Below, piece by piece: positions 50,001 through 60,159 of a stretch of DNA of 64,000 nucleotides (the first letter of the stretch is position 1; the number at the start of each line of letters is the position of its first letter). The DNA lies in the NCBI RefSeq assembly GCF_018350175.1, contig NC_058368.1, forward strand, positions 5,022,001 to 5,086,000, written 5' to 3'. Below the pieces are notes generated by a model. It was not told where the DNA came from. It was given only the letters and a program-made list of their open reading frames with translations, and ran no database searches. Both the position numbers and the translations under genes were made by a program. The DNA is from Felis catus. Its lineage: Eukaryota.

Positions 50001-53000
50001 TCAGTCATCTCAGAAGATGGAGACCAATATAAATATAAATACATATACATAAATATAAATACATATGTATAAATACATACATATATTCTTTAAACACATA
50101 TATGTATTTAAAGAATCTGTATTTTTATGAAGCTCACCAGGTCATTTTTACGCAACAGGTATTCCTTCTAACTTTAACTCCAAATTAATGCCTCTTGCTC
50201 TTAACTCACATTAGGCTAGGTTCCTTCCCTATCTTTATGCTCTTTTCCCAAATATTTAAGGCCCCATCTCGTGTAGTCCCCCCACTTTTTAAAAGAGCTT
50301 CTTATTGGGGCGCCTGGGTGGCGCAGTCGGTTAAGCGTCCGACTTCAGCCAGGTCACGATCTCGCGGTCCATGAGTTCGAGCCCCGCGTCAGGCTCTGGG
50401 CTGATGGCTCGGAGCCTGGAGCCTGTTTCTGATTCTGTGTCTCCCTCTCTCTCTGCCCCTCCCCTGTTCATGCTCTGTCTCTCTCTGTCCCAAAAATAAA
50501 CAAACGTTGAAAAAAAAAAATTAAAAAAAAAATAATAAAAGAGCTTCTTACAACTGTGGCCCCTTAAAATATGTAACTGCATTATGGGCATGTACATACA
50601 CTCCCCTGCCCTTCCCCCCTCCCCACGCATACATACACATCTTTAAAGAACATAGAAAAAGGGGTACCTGGGTAGCTCAGGTAATGATCTCTCGGTTCAT
50701 GAGTTTGAGCCCCACGTCAGGCTCTGTGCTGACAGATCAGAGCCTGGAGCCTTCTTCAGATTCTGTGTCTCCCTCTCTCTCTGCACCTCCCCCACTCTCT
50801 CTCTTTCACAAAATGAATAAACATTAAAAAAAATTATGAAGAGCATAGGACGAACATGAACATAAATATACATTATAAAGAAAGAGAGTTTACTAAAAAA
50901 AAAAAAGAAAAAGAGTTTACTAACTCATTCAACAAAATTTTACCAGCTATCAACTAAAGGTCAATTTGTCTGGGCCTCGTTTTCTTTATCTGCAAAATAA
51001 GTACAATAATCTCTCCCTTGAGCGCTGCAGTAAGGTTGGATAGTAAATGTAGGTACTTTACCCCAAGGTTGCTTGAAAAACAGTAAGCAATAAAGTGCTC
51101 AAATGTTTGCAAAAATTACTACTGTTATTAAGTTAGTAAGCTGATAAGGTAAGTTGAGCCCTGACAGTCCTCTATATTAAAACGATGTCAAGTCAAATGG
51201 AGAAAAGGAGGAAGAGGCACACCGACCCAATATTCTAATGTGTGCTACAGCTGGAAAAAACTATGTTTTCCTAATATAATATTGAAAGCAAAGCTCAACA
51301 AAATTTTCTTAACTAATACACAGAAAATACAGAATTCTCAATAGAAGAGACAGAACACAAAAGGGGGGGGGCATAACATTTATTTGATGAAAAAGAAACT
51401 CCCGTTAAAATACAGCATCTGTGATGCTATAGATAAAAGGATACAAAGGGAGGATTTTAAGCACCGTAGCCCATGATCGGATACGATTTTTAAGATCTTT
51501 CCAAAGGCAACGTGGAGAAAATGTTGAGTAGAGAAGAGATGGGAGGAAGGAAACCAGGTAAGAAGCTAATGAAGTGATCTAAGGGTGCCTGGGAGAGACG
51601 TCGTAAGTCCTGGATTAAGCCACAACAGACAGGATAAAGAAGAAGCCCATCGTGAGATAACGAAACTGAGGTGAGGAGGAAGGAGAAGTAGAGAAATAGA
51701 GGCTTCTTGAAGATGTTAATCTCGTCAGACCGGTTGCCATTCACTAAGATAAGGTATAAAAAGAAATATAAATCTGAGGGAAGAGAGATTATATATGACT
51801 CAATCGAGGATTATTTACCTTAGTAAATGAAAAATTATATTCACATCAGAAAATATAATCGAAAAATCATTACATGACTGCCTCAATATGGCAATCGCTA
51901 TATGGATGTGACAGATAATAAAATGAACCTGAACGTAAGTCCAAAATGTTTATTTAGTACTTTAGGTTCTGGAGAAACTTTAGGTTCTGAGAAAATTTAC
52001 TAATTATTCTGTTCTTTGCTGCAGATCCTAAGGTAACTATAAAAAAAAAGAAGGAAATCAGATCTTTTTCTTCGCTAAAATTATCAGCGTACAAATTTCA
52101 AACCAGAGACTCAGCCAATTTCTAAACACCAACTGCTGCCTCATATTTCCCTTTTTCACCGAGGAACTAAAAGTACTTCACAGATGTTGCGACAGATCTT
52201 TCCCAGTGTTTTCCTGGAAACGTTTTAAGTCAGGTATTTAGGGAACCACAACTCTTTCAATTGACTAGCACTGAGGCCCTACAGAAATAGTGTTAGGATC
52301 CTTTAATTATAGGTATTACCACGCGCAAAAAGACAGTGGGGAAGAAGGAAAAGGTTTTGGGAAAAGAATAAACAAAGAAATGGTGCCGGGAGAACAGAAC
52401 TGGAGAGTATGGTCATTATGGTGAGGATGGGAAACGCCAACACATTACTTTGAGGGCACGTAAGCTGAATTGTTGCCAACTTTGGGCCTGCACTGAAAGG
52501 TCCCCTAATGGTCTAAACAGGAAGTTCAAATTTCAGCTGATTACAAAGCTGGAAAGGAAAAACGCAGGGAATCACACATACTCAGAATCACATCTCGAAA
52601 ATCCAGACACCAAGTGGCCTCTGGGACAAGAAAGGACCAATGGCTACCCTCCAAGTTCTGCATCAAACAGCTGTACTTTACAACTCCCTGACAAAGGTTA
52701 CTGAAGCAGAAAATGCACTGTCAGGGTTTCTCTGACTTGTCGTGAGCCACCCCTATAGCCAGGCACCCACTGGGACTCTTAGTATCCACACTCCACAGCA
52801 CTGACGTCTTTCAAAAAGAAAGAGCGTCAAGCTGCCTTGGTGAGGTGGAAGATGAACCTCAAGAGGGCAGTGACTGCCGTCTTTCTTTGTTCGTGTACCC
52901 CCAGTTCCTACAACAGCGTCTAGCTGAATAAATCACCAATGAGACCGATTATAAATCCAAGGACACTTTTCAATCCTGTCTTACTTTGCTTTTCTGCAGC

Positions 53001-54186
53001 ATTGGACACAGCTGACTTTTCATGAATGGCTTCCTGTCTCTCAGTAAAAGCAAAGATTTCACATCAGCCTTCAAGGCCTGCCCCTTTGCCCCACTTTTAA
53101 TCTACTAAAGTGCTCTCTCCTTCACTCACTCTACTCTAGCCACGCTGGTCTTCTTGCTACTTCGTACTAAGCAGGCATGCCCAGCACGGGGTTTCTGCCC
53201 TTGTTGTTCCCTCTTCTGGGACTCTCCCAGCCACCCCTTCCCAACCCCTGTCCCTGTGAAGACGGCTTGCCCCCTCATCACTTTCAGGTCTCTACTCAAG
53301 TGTCACTATCTCTGTAAAGACTTCCCTAACTACCCTACTTACAACCATCCTCCCCAACCCCACTCTGGCACTCTCCACAGCAGTTATTATCATCTACCAT
53401 GTTACATATGTGACTTATTAACCTTGTTTACTGTTATGTCTTCCCCAACGAGCAGATGAGTTTTATAACGGCAGGGACTTTTGTCTGATTTACTGACCAC
53501 CGTTTCCCCAGTGCCTAAAATATACAAGCCTAAAGACAAGGAGAGAGCAGAGGAAGAGGAAGCAAAGAAGGAAATTAGAATAGGGAAAACTGTTCCCTTC
53601 CTGTGACTTGCCTCTTCCCGTTTTATCCCTAATACCCTTTCTCTGACTCTTCTCCTGCGTGCCCCTTTGTAAGTATTCTCGGGGCTCTAACCTTCACACT
53701 CTTCTCCACAGAGCCTCTACGTGTACTCCTTGCAGAAACTCATCCATAAAAGAAAAAATCAATCATTACCTAAACACTGACAACTCCCAAATCTTCTTCG
53801 GGACCACACTTCTCCCCTGACCCTAGACCCTCATAATCGGCCACCTGCTAGACACAACCCGGCCACCTAAGTTCCTCTCCTCCATCCCCTACTTTCCTTC
53901 CATTTCTACTCATGCTGACCTACCTCACTATTCAAATCTCTTGATTAGACCATTACTCTGTGGAGAAGAGGAGTGTTATGGTTAAGAGAACAGGACTGGT
54001 ATCAGAAAGATCTAGATTCGGGGCGCCTGGGTGGCCCAGTCGGTTGAGCGTCTGACTTCGGCTCAGGTCATGATCTCACGGTTTGCGAGTTCAAGCCCCG
54101 CGTCAGGCTCTGTGCTGACAGCTCAGGGTCTGGAGCCTGATTGGGATTCTGTGTCTCCCTCTCTCTCTGCCCCTCCCCCACTCACA

Positions 54187-54228
<42 letters not shown>

Positions 54229-57200
54229 CAAAAATAAATAAATATTTAAAAATTTAAAAAAAAAGAAAGAAAGATCTGGATTCACATTTCTACCTCTTAC
54301 CTAGTAGAGCTAGCTGTTTGAGTCAGGACAAGATATTTAATCCTCTGCAGGCTGGGTTTTCCCACCTGTCTAATGGGATAATATTAGTGAGTCAAAATGG
54401 CATTTTACATGGGGAAAAGCATTCAGGTGCTCCCCACAAACTATTGGTTCTTATTTTTAGTCATTCCCAGTTTTGCATATCTTTCCCCCTGTGTAACTGA
54501 TAACATGTGTTTGTATACATACGTGTACGATCTTACATTCTAATGACAAAACGGGTAGCTAAGAACAAACTAGGCGTTACTTTTGGAATAATTCACTTGA
54601 ATCCTAGTGAGTTCAGATTTTCATAGGGCACTCCAATCTTTAGTAAACTCTAGAAAGCAGTCTTCCGTATAGAACTTAGGAAAAACATTCTTCCATTACA
54701 TTCTGTAAAGTTCCATTCACAAACAGCATGATATCATTCGACATCAACAGATGATGTCAGCCAAAGCACTGGAGCCTGGCAGGGAAAGGAGAAAGACTGT
54801 ATAAAGAAGTGTGTCTGCTTCTTTCCCATTGTTTCTTGGCAAGACTATCTCATTATGGCAAAATTAGAGCTCAAAGTGATAGGCATAAGCTTGGAAATGG
54901 TCTTTCCGAAATTCAAATTCACACCTGACATCTTTAGTGGTACAGTTCGTAAACCAAATGTGACCAAAATAGGATGATATTCCTGAATTTTATAGCTATA
55001 AAGCCATTTAATCAGTACTCAGCCTCTGGTTAGTAAGCAATAATAATAATAAAAAACCTCACAATGACACTATATAAAAAAAAATGCCACATATTATTTA
55101 CTTAAGTCAAAAAGAGATTTGGGGGAAGAAAAAGCTCTTAGAATTACTATTAGATTCATTTCTGATTTAATATTAATACATTTTAACAATTAGATTAAAA
55201 CTAGAGAAGAAAAAACATTATGTAATCTTTGGAAGTAGACAAGCGTTGGCTTCGATCTTGGCTCTACCCCTCATTAGATAATTGGGCAGATTACTTCAAC
55301 TCTCCAAGTCTATTCCCTCATCTGTAAAGGTTGATAATGTACCCAACTGGCAAGGTTATTCAAGAAATTAGTGACAATTTTGTATAAAAAATATATTTGT
55401 GAAATTGTAAGTACGGTAAAGAAATACCGCACAGTTGGCTCTAGAGACATAGAGTTGCTCAAGAAATGGTCATTATTACTTTCCAAATACAGTGGTCTCA
55501 ACACAGAACAAGACAATCGTTACGTACGACTACAATCAGTTCTTGATCATAGTGACTAAACTGCTAAATTCAAAACAGCTAAGTAAACTTAAAGCAATTC
55601 ATTTTTAGTTTTGAAATACAATCATTTTTGCAGTAAATTTACCATGTCCAAGTGAAGGCTACGCATACTAGTATAATAATGCAATAGGCTATGTTCATAT
55701 CAATCTTTTAAGACTAAGCCATGGGGGCACCTGGGTGGCGCAGTCGGTTGGGCGTCCGACTTCAGCCAGGTCACGATCTCGCGGTCCGTGAGTTCGAGCC
55801 CCGCGTCAGGCTCTGGGCTGATGGCTCGGAGCCTGGAGCCTGTTTCGGATTCTGTGTCTCCCTCTCTCTCTGCCCCTCCCCCGTTCATGCTCTGTCTCTC
55901 TCTGTCCCAAAAATAAATAAACGTTGAAAAAAAAAAAAAGACTAAGCCACGATTTAAGAAAATATTACAGTAAACACAATGATCAGAATGTAGAACGAGC
56001 TCCAAATCTACCGTGCTTACTGCTACATAACCGGTTGTCTGTACGATGCCTGGCACGTAACTGGGACCTGGTAAATGTTTGTTTAATTACAGTCTGTCTA
56101 TAGCCACTTAAGATTATTCCAGAGTACTGGTGGTCCAATGCTAGAAAAATAATTCAAAGTAATAAAAGAGCACAACTTGAGAAGTAATTTTAATAGAAAA
56201 TTAAATTTTGCTTCTTAAAAAGTCCTAAGAGGACCTGGCTAAACCATCAGCATAGGCCCACTGTGAAAAGCTACTATATAATATACATTCAGAACTTTGG
56301 AACCAGGACAAGAACCTGATCTGATGCATACCTCAGCCCTCTTTTCCACCTCTGCATTTTCTACTAGTTTGGTTATTTACTTAATTAGCCTTCTGTTTTC
56401 AAACTTTAAGTACCAGCAACTTGAAGAATTACAGAGTTGCTTTACTATTCTTCTCTTTTAAAAAAAGATTTTTTTTATGGGGCGCCTGGGTGGCTCGGTC
56501 GGTTAGGCGTCCGACTTCGGCTCAGGTCATGATCTCACGGCCCCTGAGTTCGAGCCCCGCGTCGGGCTCTGTGCTGACAGCTCGGAGCCTGGAGCCTGTT
56601 TCAGATTCTGTGTCTCCCTCTCTCTCTGACCCTCCCCTGTTCATGCTCTATCTCTCTCTGTCTCAAAAATAAATAAACGTTAAAAAAATTTAAAAAAAAA
56701 GATTTTTTTGAAAGGCATTAGTTTTTAGCGTCTTCAATTTTACTATAGTATGCGCAGTCAAAAACAAGCTCCAACAAAAATCCGTGACATCTAACAAACA
56801 TTTTAATGGCACAGACCTCAAACTCTCCATGGAACAAATGAAGATAACGCACGTCTGCTATTTTTCTAAATGAATGGTAACTTTAGGATGTGAGGCAACT
56901 GAACAATGGTTTCAGGAAAACACGAAGTCAAGATTCACAGTGGGTCCCTCTTCCCTGTGTTGTTAGGCGCCCAGAGGTCTTCAAATCATGTTACTCCAGT
57001 CTTGTCTCGGTTTGTTTTCTCCCTCCCAAGGCTGAAGCTGAACTTAATGGCTGGTAACGTAATTCGGTAACATTCTGATGCTATTCCCTTCAGTTTTAAC
57101 ATTTGTAATGGAATTATAAGAATATTGTGTGTTCTTAAAAGTAAATGCCTTTCGCACCCAAATGTTAAGCATAGGATTTAATAAGCTCAACTAAAAAAGG

Positions 57201-57879
57201 GTTTCACCGGACACTTTAAAATATGGGATGCCATTTTTTTCTTCTCCGTAACTCCTCTGTTAAACTATTCACACTAAAGACAATGAAGTTTTGAAGCACA
57301 GAGACGGAATGCCAAATGTAAACGACTGGAGACCGAGACAAGCAAGTGAGATGGAGCAGAGCGCTGATCGCAGCGTCTCCAAAACTTCCATCAAGAATCT
57401 GTGACATGGGACAATTCAACGGGAACAAGGAAAAGCTTACACAGTACCGGAATGCTGCTTTGAGGACCCACCCGTTTTCCGGTCTATGGGCGGCGAATGG
57501 CTGAAAGCAGCTGGAGCTAAAACAGCCCCAGTTCTGCCCCCCAAAGAGTGTAGCGCTAGAGGGCGGCGACCCATTTCATGGGACTTAACCCCCAGCAGCC
57601 CAAATCATCCAGACCCCGACACCCAGGGCTGAAGCGAGACTGCCACTCCCGTACGTACAGGAGGCCTCCGCACCCACCTCGGCCCAAACTGCCCCTCCCC
57701 TCCCAGACTAGGCCCGGGCAGGGCCCTCGGGCCTGGGGCCGGGCCCCCGCGCGGCCGGTCCTTAGCCCCGGTCGGGCCAGCCGAGCTCCCATCGCCTCGT
57801 CCCTCTGCCGGCTCAGACCACGGCCAGTGGCGAACAGCTCTCTGCGTCCCACTACCTTGGTCGTACGGATGTGCTCCAT
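22598..57879 (-). CDS. MTMR6: Myotubularin-related protein 6, spliced CDS of 14 exons, 621 aa (PH-GRAM, myotubularin phosphatase, coiled coil)
   Basis: Exon lengths 24+117+163+158+129+135+133+110+126+50+201+132+127+261 = 1866 nt, an open frame from MEHIRTTK to EYGVARMTC*. All introns are GT-AG with compatible phases. The translation is recognisable as mammalian MTMR6. Confidence 0.97.
23788..23827. repeat. (GATA)10 microsatellite, intron 13
   Basis: Direct read. Confidence 0.95.
24560..24899. mobile_element. Tigger2-derived MITE (Tigger2a-like)
   Basis: TIRs tgacccctgaacaacacagg and cccatgttgttcaagggtca. Confidence 0.8.
25066..25192 (-). CDS. MTMR6: MTMR6 exon 13 ([11 protein letters not shown]...DIKDLES), start of the coiled coil
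   Basis: cctaaag acceptor after an 85-nt intron, TCG|GTAAGT donor, 127 nt. Confidence 0.94.
25278..25409 (-). CDS. MTMR6: MTMR6 exon 12 ([11 protein letters not shown]...VSFNFK)
   Basis: ccccaag acceptor, AA|GTAAGT donor, 132 nt. Confidence 0.94.
26627..26848 (+). mobile_element. Can-SINE, intron 11
   Basis: Head, CT tract and A tail. Confidence 0.85.
26868..27060 (-). mobile_element. Can-SINE, intron 11, tail-to-tail with the previous copy
   Basis: Reverse consensus. Confidence 0.9.
27588..27788 (-). CDS. MTMR6: MTMR6 exon 11 ([15 protein letters not shown]...EREELK)
   Basis: ttag acceptor, AA|GTAAGA donor, 201 nt; overlaps ORF 27584-27778. Confidence 0.95.
28216..28265 (-). CDS. MTMR6: MTMR6 exon 10 ([17 protein letters not shown])
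   Basis: ttcttattaag acceptor, AG|GTGAGT donor, 50 nt. Confidence 0.93.
28394..28612 (-). mobile_element. Can-SINE, intron 9
   Basis: Reverse consensus. Confidence 0.9.
28929..29057. repeat. Compound microsatellite An-(AT)n-(AC)n-(AG)n
   Basis: Direct read. Confidence 0.9.
30436..30660 (+). mobile_element. Can-SINE, intron 9
   Basis: TSD agaaaatcta. Confidence 0.9.
30781..31003 (-). mobile_element. Can-SINE, intron 9
   Basis: Reverse consensus. Confidence 0.9.
31144..31330 (+). mobile_element. Can-SINE, intron 9
   Basis: Head and diverged body. Confidence 0.8.
31383..31592. mobile_element. MER20 hAT MITE, about 22 nt from the exon 9 donor
   Basis: ggccaaatgtctcctggg...caaaatcgctcctatttgagaatcactg end. 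Confidence 0.75.
31615..31740 (-). CDS. MTMR6: MTMR6 exon 9, catalytic CX5R loop ([14 protein letters not shown])
   Basis: ctttccag acceptor, ATG|GTAAGG donor, 126 nt; CSDGWDR at 31684-31704 is the signature of active myotubularins. Confidence 0.97.
32165..32274 (-). CDS. MTMR6: MTMR6 exon 8 ([14 protein letters not shown]...IFLAK)
   Basis: cttttctag acceptor, AAA|GTAACT donor, 110 nt. Confidence 0.95.
32546..32752 (-). mobile_element. Can-SINE, intron 7
   Basis: Reverse consensus. Confidence 0.85.
32875..33206. mobile_element. hAT-Charlie MITE (MER33/MER3-like)
   Basis: gctgtccaa...tagtccaaactgagatg...attatatttctattagaca. Confidence 0.7.
33239..33371 (-). CDS. MTMR6: MTMR6 exon 7 ([14 protein letters not shown]...LQKLLE)
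   Basis: ttttag acceptor, G|GTATGA donor, 133 nt. Confidence 0.95.
34788..34901 (-). CDS. MTMR6: MTMR6 alternative cassette exon 6a, 38 aa ([38 protein letters not shown])
   Basis: cttttaatttttattatag acceptor, CGA|GTGAGC donor, 114 nt, no stop, phase 0/0 in a phase-0 intron; resembles the insert I recall from the long rodent MTMR6 isoform. Confidence 0.85.
35556..35690 (-). CDS. MTMR6: MTMR6 exon 6 ([12 protein letters not shown]...MDTRPK)
   Basis: ttag acceptor, AAA|GTACGT donor, 135 nt. Confidence 0.95.
37118..37325 (+). mobile_element. Can-SINE, intron 5, preceded by a G-run
   Basis: Head, CT tract and A tail. Confidence 0.9.
37760..37811. repeat. (CA)n microsatellite, about 25 units, intron 5
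   Basis: Direct read. Confidence 0.95.
38697..38825 (-). CDS. MTMR6: MTMR6 exon 5 ([12 protein letters not shown]...YYHEHKE)
   Basis: tttttacag acceptor, GAG|GTAAGA donor, 129 nt. Confidence 0.95.
39019..39332 (+). mobile_element. Carnivore L1 3' end next to the exon 4 donor
   Basis: tgtacacctgaaactaatattacactgtatgttaac plus A tail; TSD aaaaggt(t/c)gcta(c/a)gt. Confidence 0.85.
39351..39508 (-). CDS. MTMR6: MTMR6 exon 4 ([13 protein letters not shown]...DANREYK)
   Basis: cag acceptor, AAG|GTAACT donor, 158 nt. Confidence 0.95.
39595..39793 (-). mobile_element. Can-SINE, intron 3
   Basis: TSD aacagtttttcagtt. Confidence 0.9.
40901..41755 (+). mobile_element. Carnivore L1 3' end with an internal (TA)n(CA)n tract and a nested SINE
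   Basis: ORF2 C-terminal peptide (DEWIKKMW) and L1 3'UTR. Confidence 0.85.
41333..41549 (-). mobile_element. Can-SINE nested in L1, intron 3
   Basis: TSD tacaagagattctt. Confidence 0.92.
41839..42001 (-). CDS. MTMR6: MTMR6 exon 3 ([11 protein letters not shown]...LLQLSKQ)
   Basis: gtag acceptor, G|GTACTG donor, 163 nt; overlaps ORF 41792-41998. Confidence 0.95.
42097..42335 (+). mobile_element. Young SINEC_Fc, intron 2
   Basis: Perfect 15-bp TSD agaaatgccctcttc, long A tail. Confidence 0.93.
43376..43563 (-). mobile_element. Can-SINE, intron 2
   Basis: Reverse consensus. Confidence 0.85.
43938..44162 (+). mobile_element. Young SINEC_Fc, intron 2
   Basis: CpGs intact (cacgatctcgcggtccgtgagttcgagccccgcgtcggg). 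Confidence 0.93.
46127..46243 (-). CDS. MTMR6: MTMR6 exon 2 ([10 protein letters not shown]...HQKETW)
   Basis: T16-AG acceptor, TGG|GTAAGA donor, 117 nt. Confidence 0.95.
48993..49189 (-). mobile_element. Can-SINE, intron 1
   Basis: Reverse consensus. Confidence 0.88.
49677..49813 (+). mobile_element. Short Can-SINE, intron 1
   Basis: TSD actcttcct. Confidence 0.8.
50307..50536 (+). mobile_element. Young SINEC_Fc, intron 1
   Basis: TSD aaaagagcttctta. Confidence 0.93.
50661..50833 (+). mobile_element. Can-SINE with an internal deletion
   Basis: Head, CT tract and A tail. Confidence 0.85.
54020..54267 (+). mobile_element. Can-SINE, intron 1
   Basis: TSD agaaagatct(a/g)gattc. Confidence 0.92.
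55724..55937 (+). mobile_element. Young SINEC_Fc, intron 1
   Basis: TSD aagactaagcca(t/c)g, CpGs intact. Confidence 0.93.
56479..56700 (+). mobile_element. SINEC_Fc, intron 1
   Basis: TSD aaaaaaagatttttt. Confidence 0.92.
57856..57879 (-). CDS. MTMR6: MTMR6 coding exon 1 (MEHIRTTK)
   Basis: gaaATGG strong Kozak context; donor AAG|GTAGTG. Confidence 0.95.
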
Positions 57880-57908
57880 TTCGAGGAGACGGCCGCCGGC
57901 AGCCAGCC

Positions 57909-57923
57909 TCACGGGCGTACCAT
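57909..57923 (-). other. uORF ATG GTA CGC CCG TGA (MVRP*)
   Basis: Stops 29 nt before the main ATG and is out of frame with it. Confidence 0.65.
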
Positions 57924-57998
57924 GGAGCGACAGAACCCCGAGCGGACACAACCACCCAGGTCCGGCAGGAACTATCAGGGGGCCAGCGCCGCGGCCCG

Positions 57999-58037
57999 TC
58001 AGCCCGCCCCCTCAGCCCGCCCCCTCAGCCCGCCCCC
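57999..58037. repeat. Three perfect 13-bp tandem units TCAGCCCGCCCCC (Sp/KLF GC boxes)
   Basis: Read directly from the sequence. Confidence 0.9.
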
Positions 58038-58050
58038 TGGCAGCGTCAAC

Positions 58051-58062
58051 CGCGCAGGCGCA
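58051..58062. promoter_or_regulatory. NRF1 motif CGCGCAGGCGCA
   Basis: Fits YGCGCANGCGCR and lies within the CpG island. Confidence 0.65.
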
Positions 58063-58190
58063 GCCGGCGTGCGCCGTCTCCAAGAAACACTTCCCCAAAC
58101 CGGCGGCCGCGAAGGGGGCGGGGACCGGCGGGGCAGAGCGTCCTCTGGGGGAGAGCGGCGTCTCCTTCTTCTGAGCCACCGTAGATCCTA

Positions 58191-58206
58191 CAGCGCCCCC
58201 TGCTTG
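58191..58206 (-). promoter_or_regulatory. CTCF-like motif CAAGCAGGGGGCGCTG
   Basis: One mismatch to CCAGCAGGGGGCGCTG. Confidence 0.5.
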
Positions 58207-58589
58207 TGGAGGCTCGCCAACCCCTAGCAGAAGGCGTCCCTCTATCGGCCAGTTGGCCAAGGACAAGAAATGGAGGCGAGCTCGGTGGTTCATAGACTTT
58301 TCTTTGCTCAGGAATGGACGGACTGTGTGGACGTCCTTGTGTGAAGAGAATTTAGTGGGTGAGGGCGAGACAAGACGTCACTGAAGTCCATTACCCTGCC
58401 AGTGGACAGCACCAAATTTCAATACTTTCTCTTTAGGTGCGGTTGTACTAGAATCTGTTCCAAGGAAATCATCAAATATATTTAGTGTAGCCTTATTTGA
58501 AACAATCAAAATTCCCCATACTACAGAATTAGTTATATAAAAGTGTACTATGTCCATAAACACCAGCATCCATTAAAAAATTATGCGGT

Positions 58590-59827
58590 AGATCCTGACA
58601 AGTAAAAGCTGAACAAACTTGAAAATCATCAACTTTCCCTAGACCTGCAAGAGAACTGAGGTCACCGGGAATACCACTGCCCCTAGAATTAGAGAGGGGC
58701 ATGCAAATACAGACGATCACAACTAAAGGAAACAAACCCACAAGCAGCAACCTTCCTGGGCACCAATGCCGGGCAGTTTCTTTTCCCTAGTAAATCATGT
58801 CCAAATATCCAGAAAAACTTACAAGACATACTAAAGGGCAGAAAACAGTGTGAAGAGACACAGCAAGCATCAAAACCAGACTTGGATATGACAGGGATGT
58901 TGGAATTATCAGACTGCAAATTTAAAACAATTAGGGTTAATGTGGGAAAGGGTCTTATTTATCTGGACAAAGGAGACAACACGCAAGAACGGATGGGCAA
59001 TGGAAACAGGGAGACGAGAGTCCTAAGTAAAAACCAAAAAGAGATAGTAGAGATAAAGAACACTGCAAAGAAATGAAGAATGCCTTTGATGGCGTTGTTA
59101 GTGGTCTGGACATGGCTGAGGAAAGACATCTCTTTCCTCGGAGAGCTTGAGAATATTTCAAAAACTAAAACTTCCAAAACTAAAAACACAAAGAAAACAA
59201 AGACTGAAAAAAAAAACCAGAACAGAATATCCAAGAACTGCAGGACATCTACAAAAGGTGTAATATACATGTAAAGAACATCTGAAGAGGAAAGAAAGGA
59301 ACAGAAGCAAGTATTTGGAACAATAATGTCTGAAAATTTCCCCCGGTTTAATGTTATATGTCAAACCTCAGACCCAGTAAGCTCAGAGAACACCAAGCAG
59401 GATAGATGTCAGAGAAACTACACATCATTCTCAAACTATAGAAAATCAAAGATAGAGAAAAAAAAGTCCTGAAGAAGCCAGAGGAAAAGAATAGTTTACC
59501 TATGGAGAAGCAAAGGTAAGTATCACATTTGACTTCTCTTCAGATGTGAAGAGACCACACAAGCAAGAAGAGAGCAAAGTGAAATAAAGACTTTCTTAGG
59601 TAAATAAAAATTGAGCAGATTTGTTGCCGATAGAGCTGCCTTGGAAAAAATTGTCAAAAGAAGTTCTTCAGAGAGAAGGAAAATGATACAGGTCAGAAAT
59701 TTGGATCTACATAAAGAAAGGAAGAACATTAGAGAAGGAATAAGTGAAAGTGAAATAAAAACATTTCCTTATTCTTTATTGATCTAATAAAAAACATTTT
59801 GTTCAAAATAATAGCAACAATGTATTT

Positions 59828-59865
<38 letters not shown>

Positions 59866-59985
59866 ACACGCACACATGCTTAATGTATAAGTGAAATGAA
59901 GGACAGCACTGACACAGGGATGGGAGGGAGGAAGGAGGAATTAGGATTATTTTGTTATAAAGTACTTGCACTACCAAAAAATTTT
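58590..59985 (+). mobile_element. Old L1 5'/ORF1 remnant upstream of the promoter; contains (TG)n at 59830-59862
   Basis: ORF1-like A-rich motifs (gaaaatttcccc...gacccagtaagctcagagaacaccaagcagg). Confidence 0.65.
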
Positions 59986-60159
59986 ATGCTGTAGAGGAAT
60001 ATTACATAACAAAAATGTTGATGCTGTATTACTGAGTGGAAAACAAGCTGGTTATGGAATGATAAGATCAATGTGACTGTTCCGTAATTTTTATGTATGC
60101 AAACAAAAAGTTTACATTTCTAGATGGGAGGATTGCAGGTGGTTTTTGTAATTCCTCTA

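Larger units (their letters stand above)
57550..58290. promoter_or_regulatory. MTMR6: CpG-island promoter and first exon of MTMR6
   Basis: Abrupt GC- and CpG-rich block around the ATG with GC boxes, an NRF1 motif and no obvious TATA box. Confidence 0.9.

Noticed and set aside
51960..51996. Short tandem duplication tttaggttctg(g)agaaa x2
   Set aside because: Common slippage duplication with no functional cue
57578..58227. Long antisense ORFs (198 aa and 118 aa) over the promoter
   Set aside because: Pro/Arg/Ala-rich low-complexity frames expected in a stop-poor CpG island; no recognisable domain
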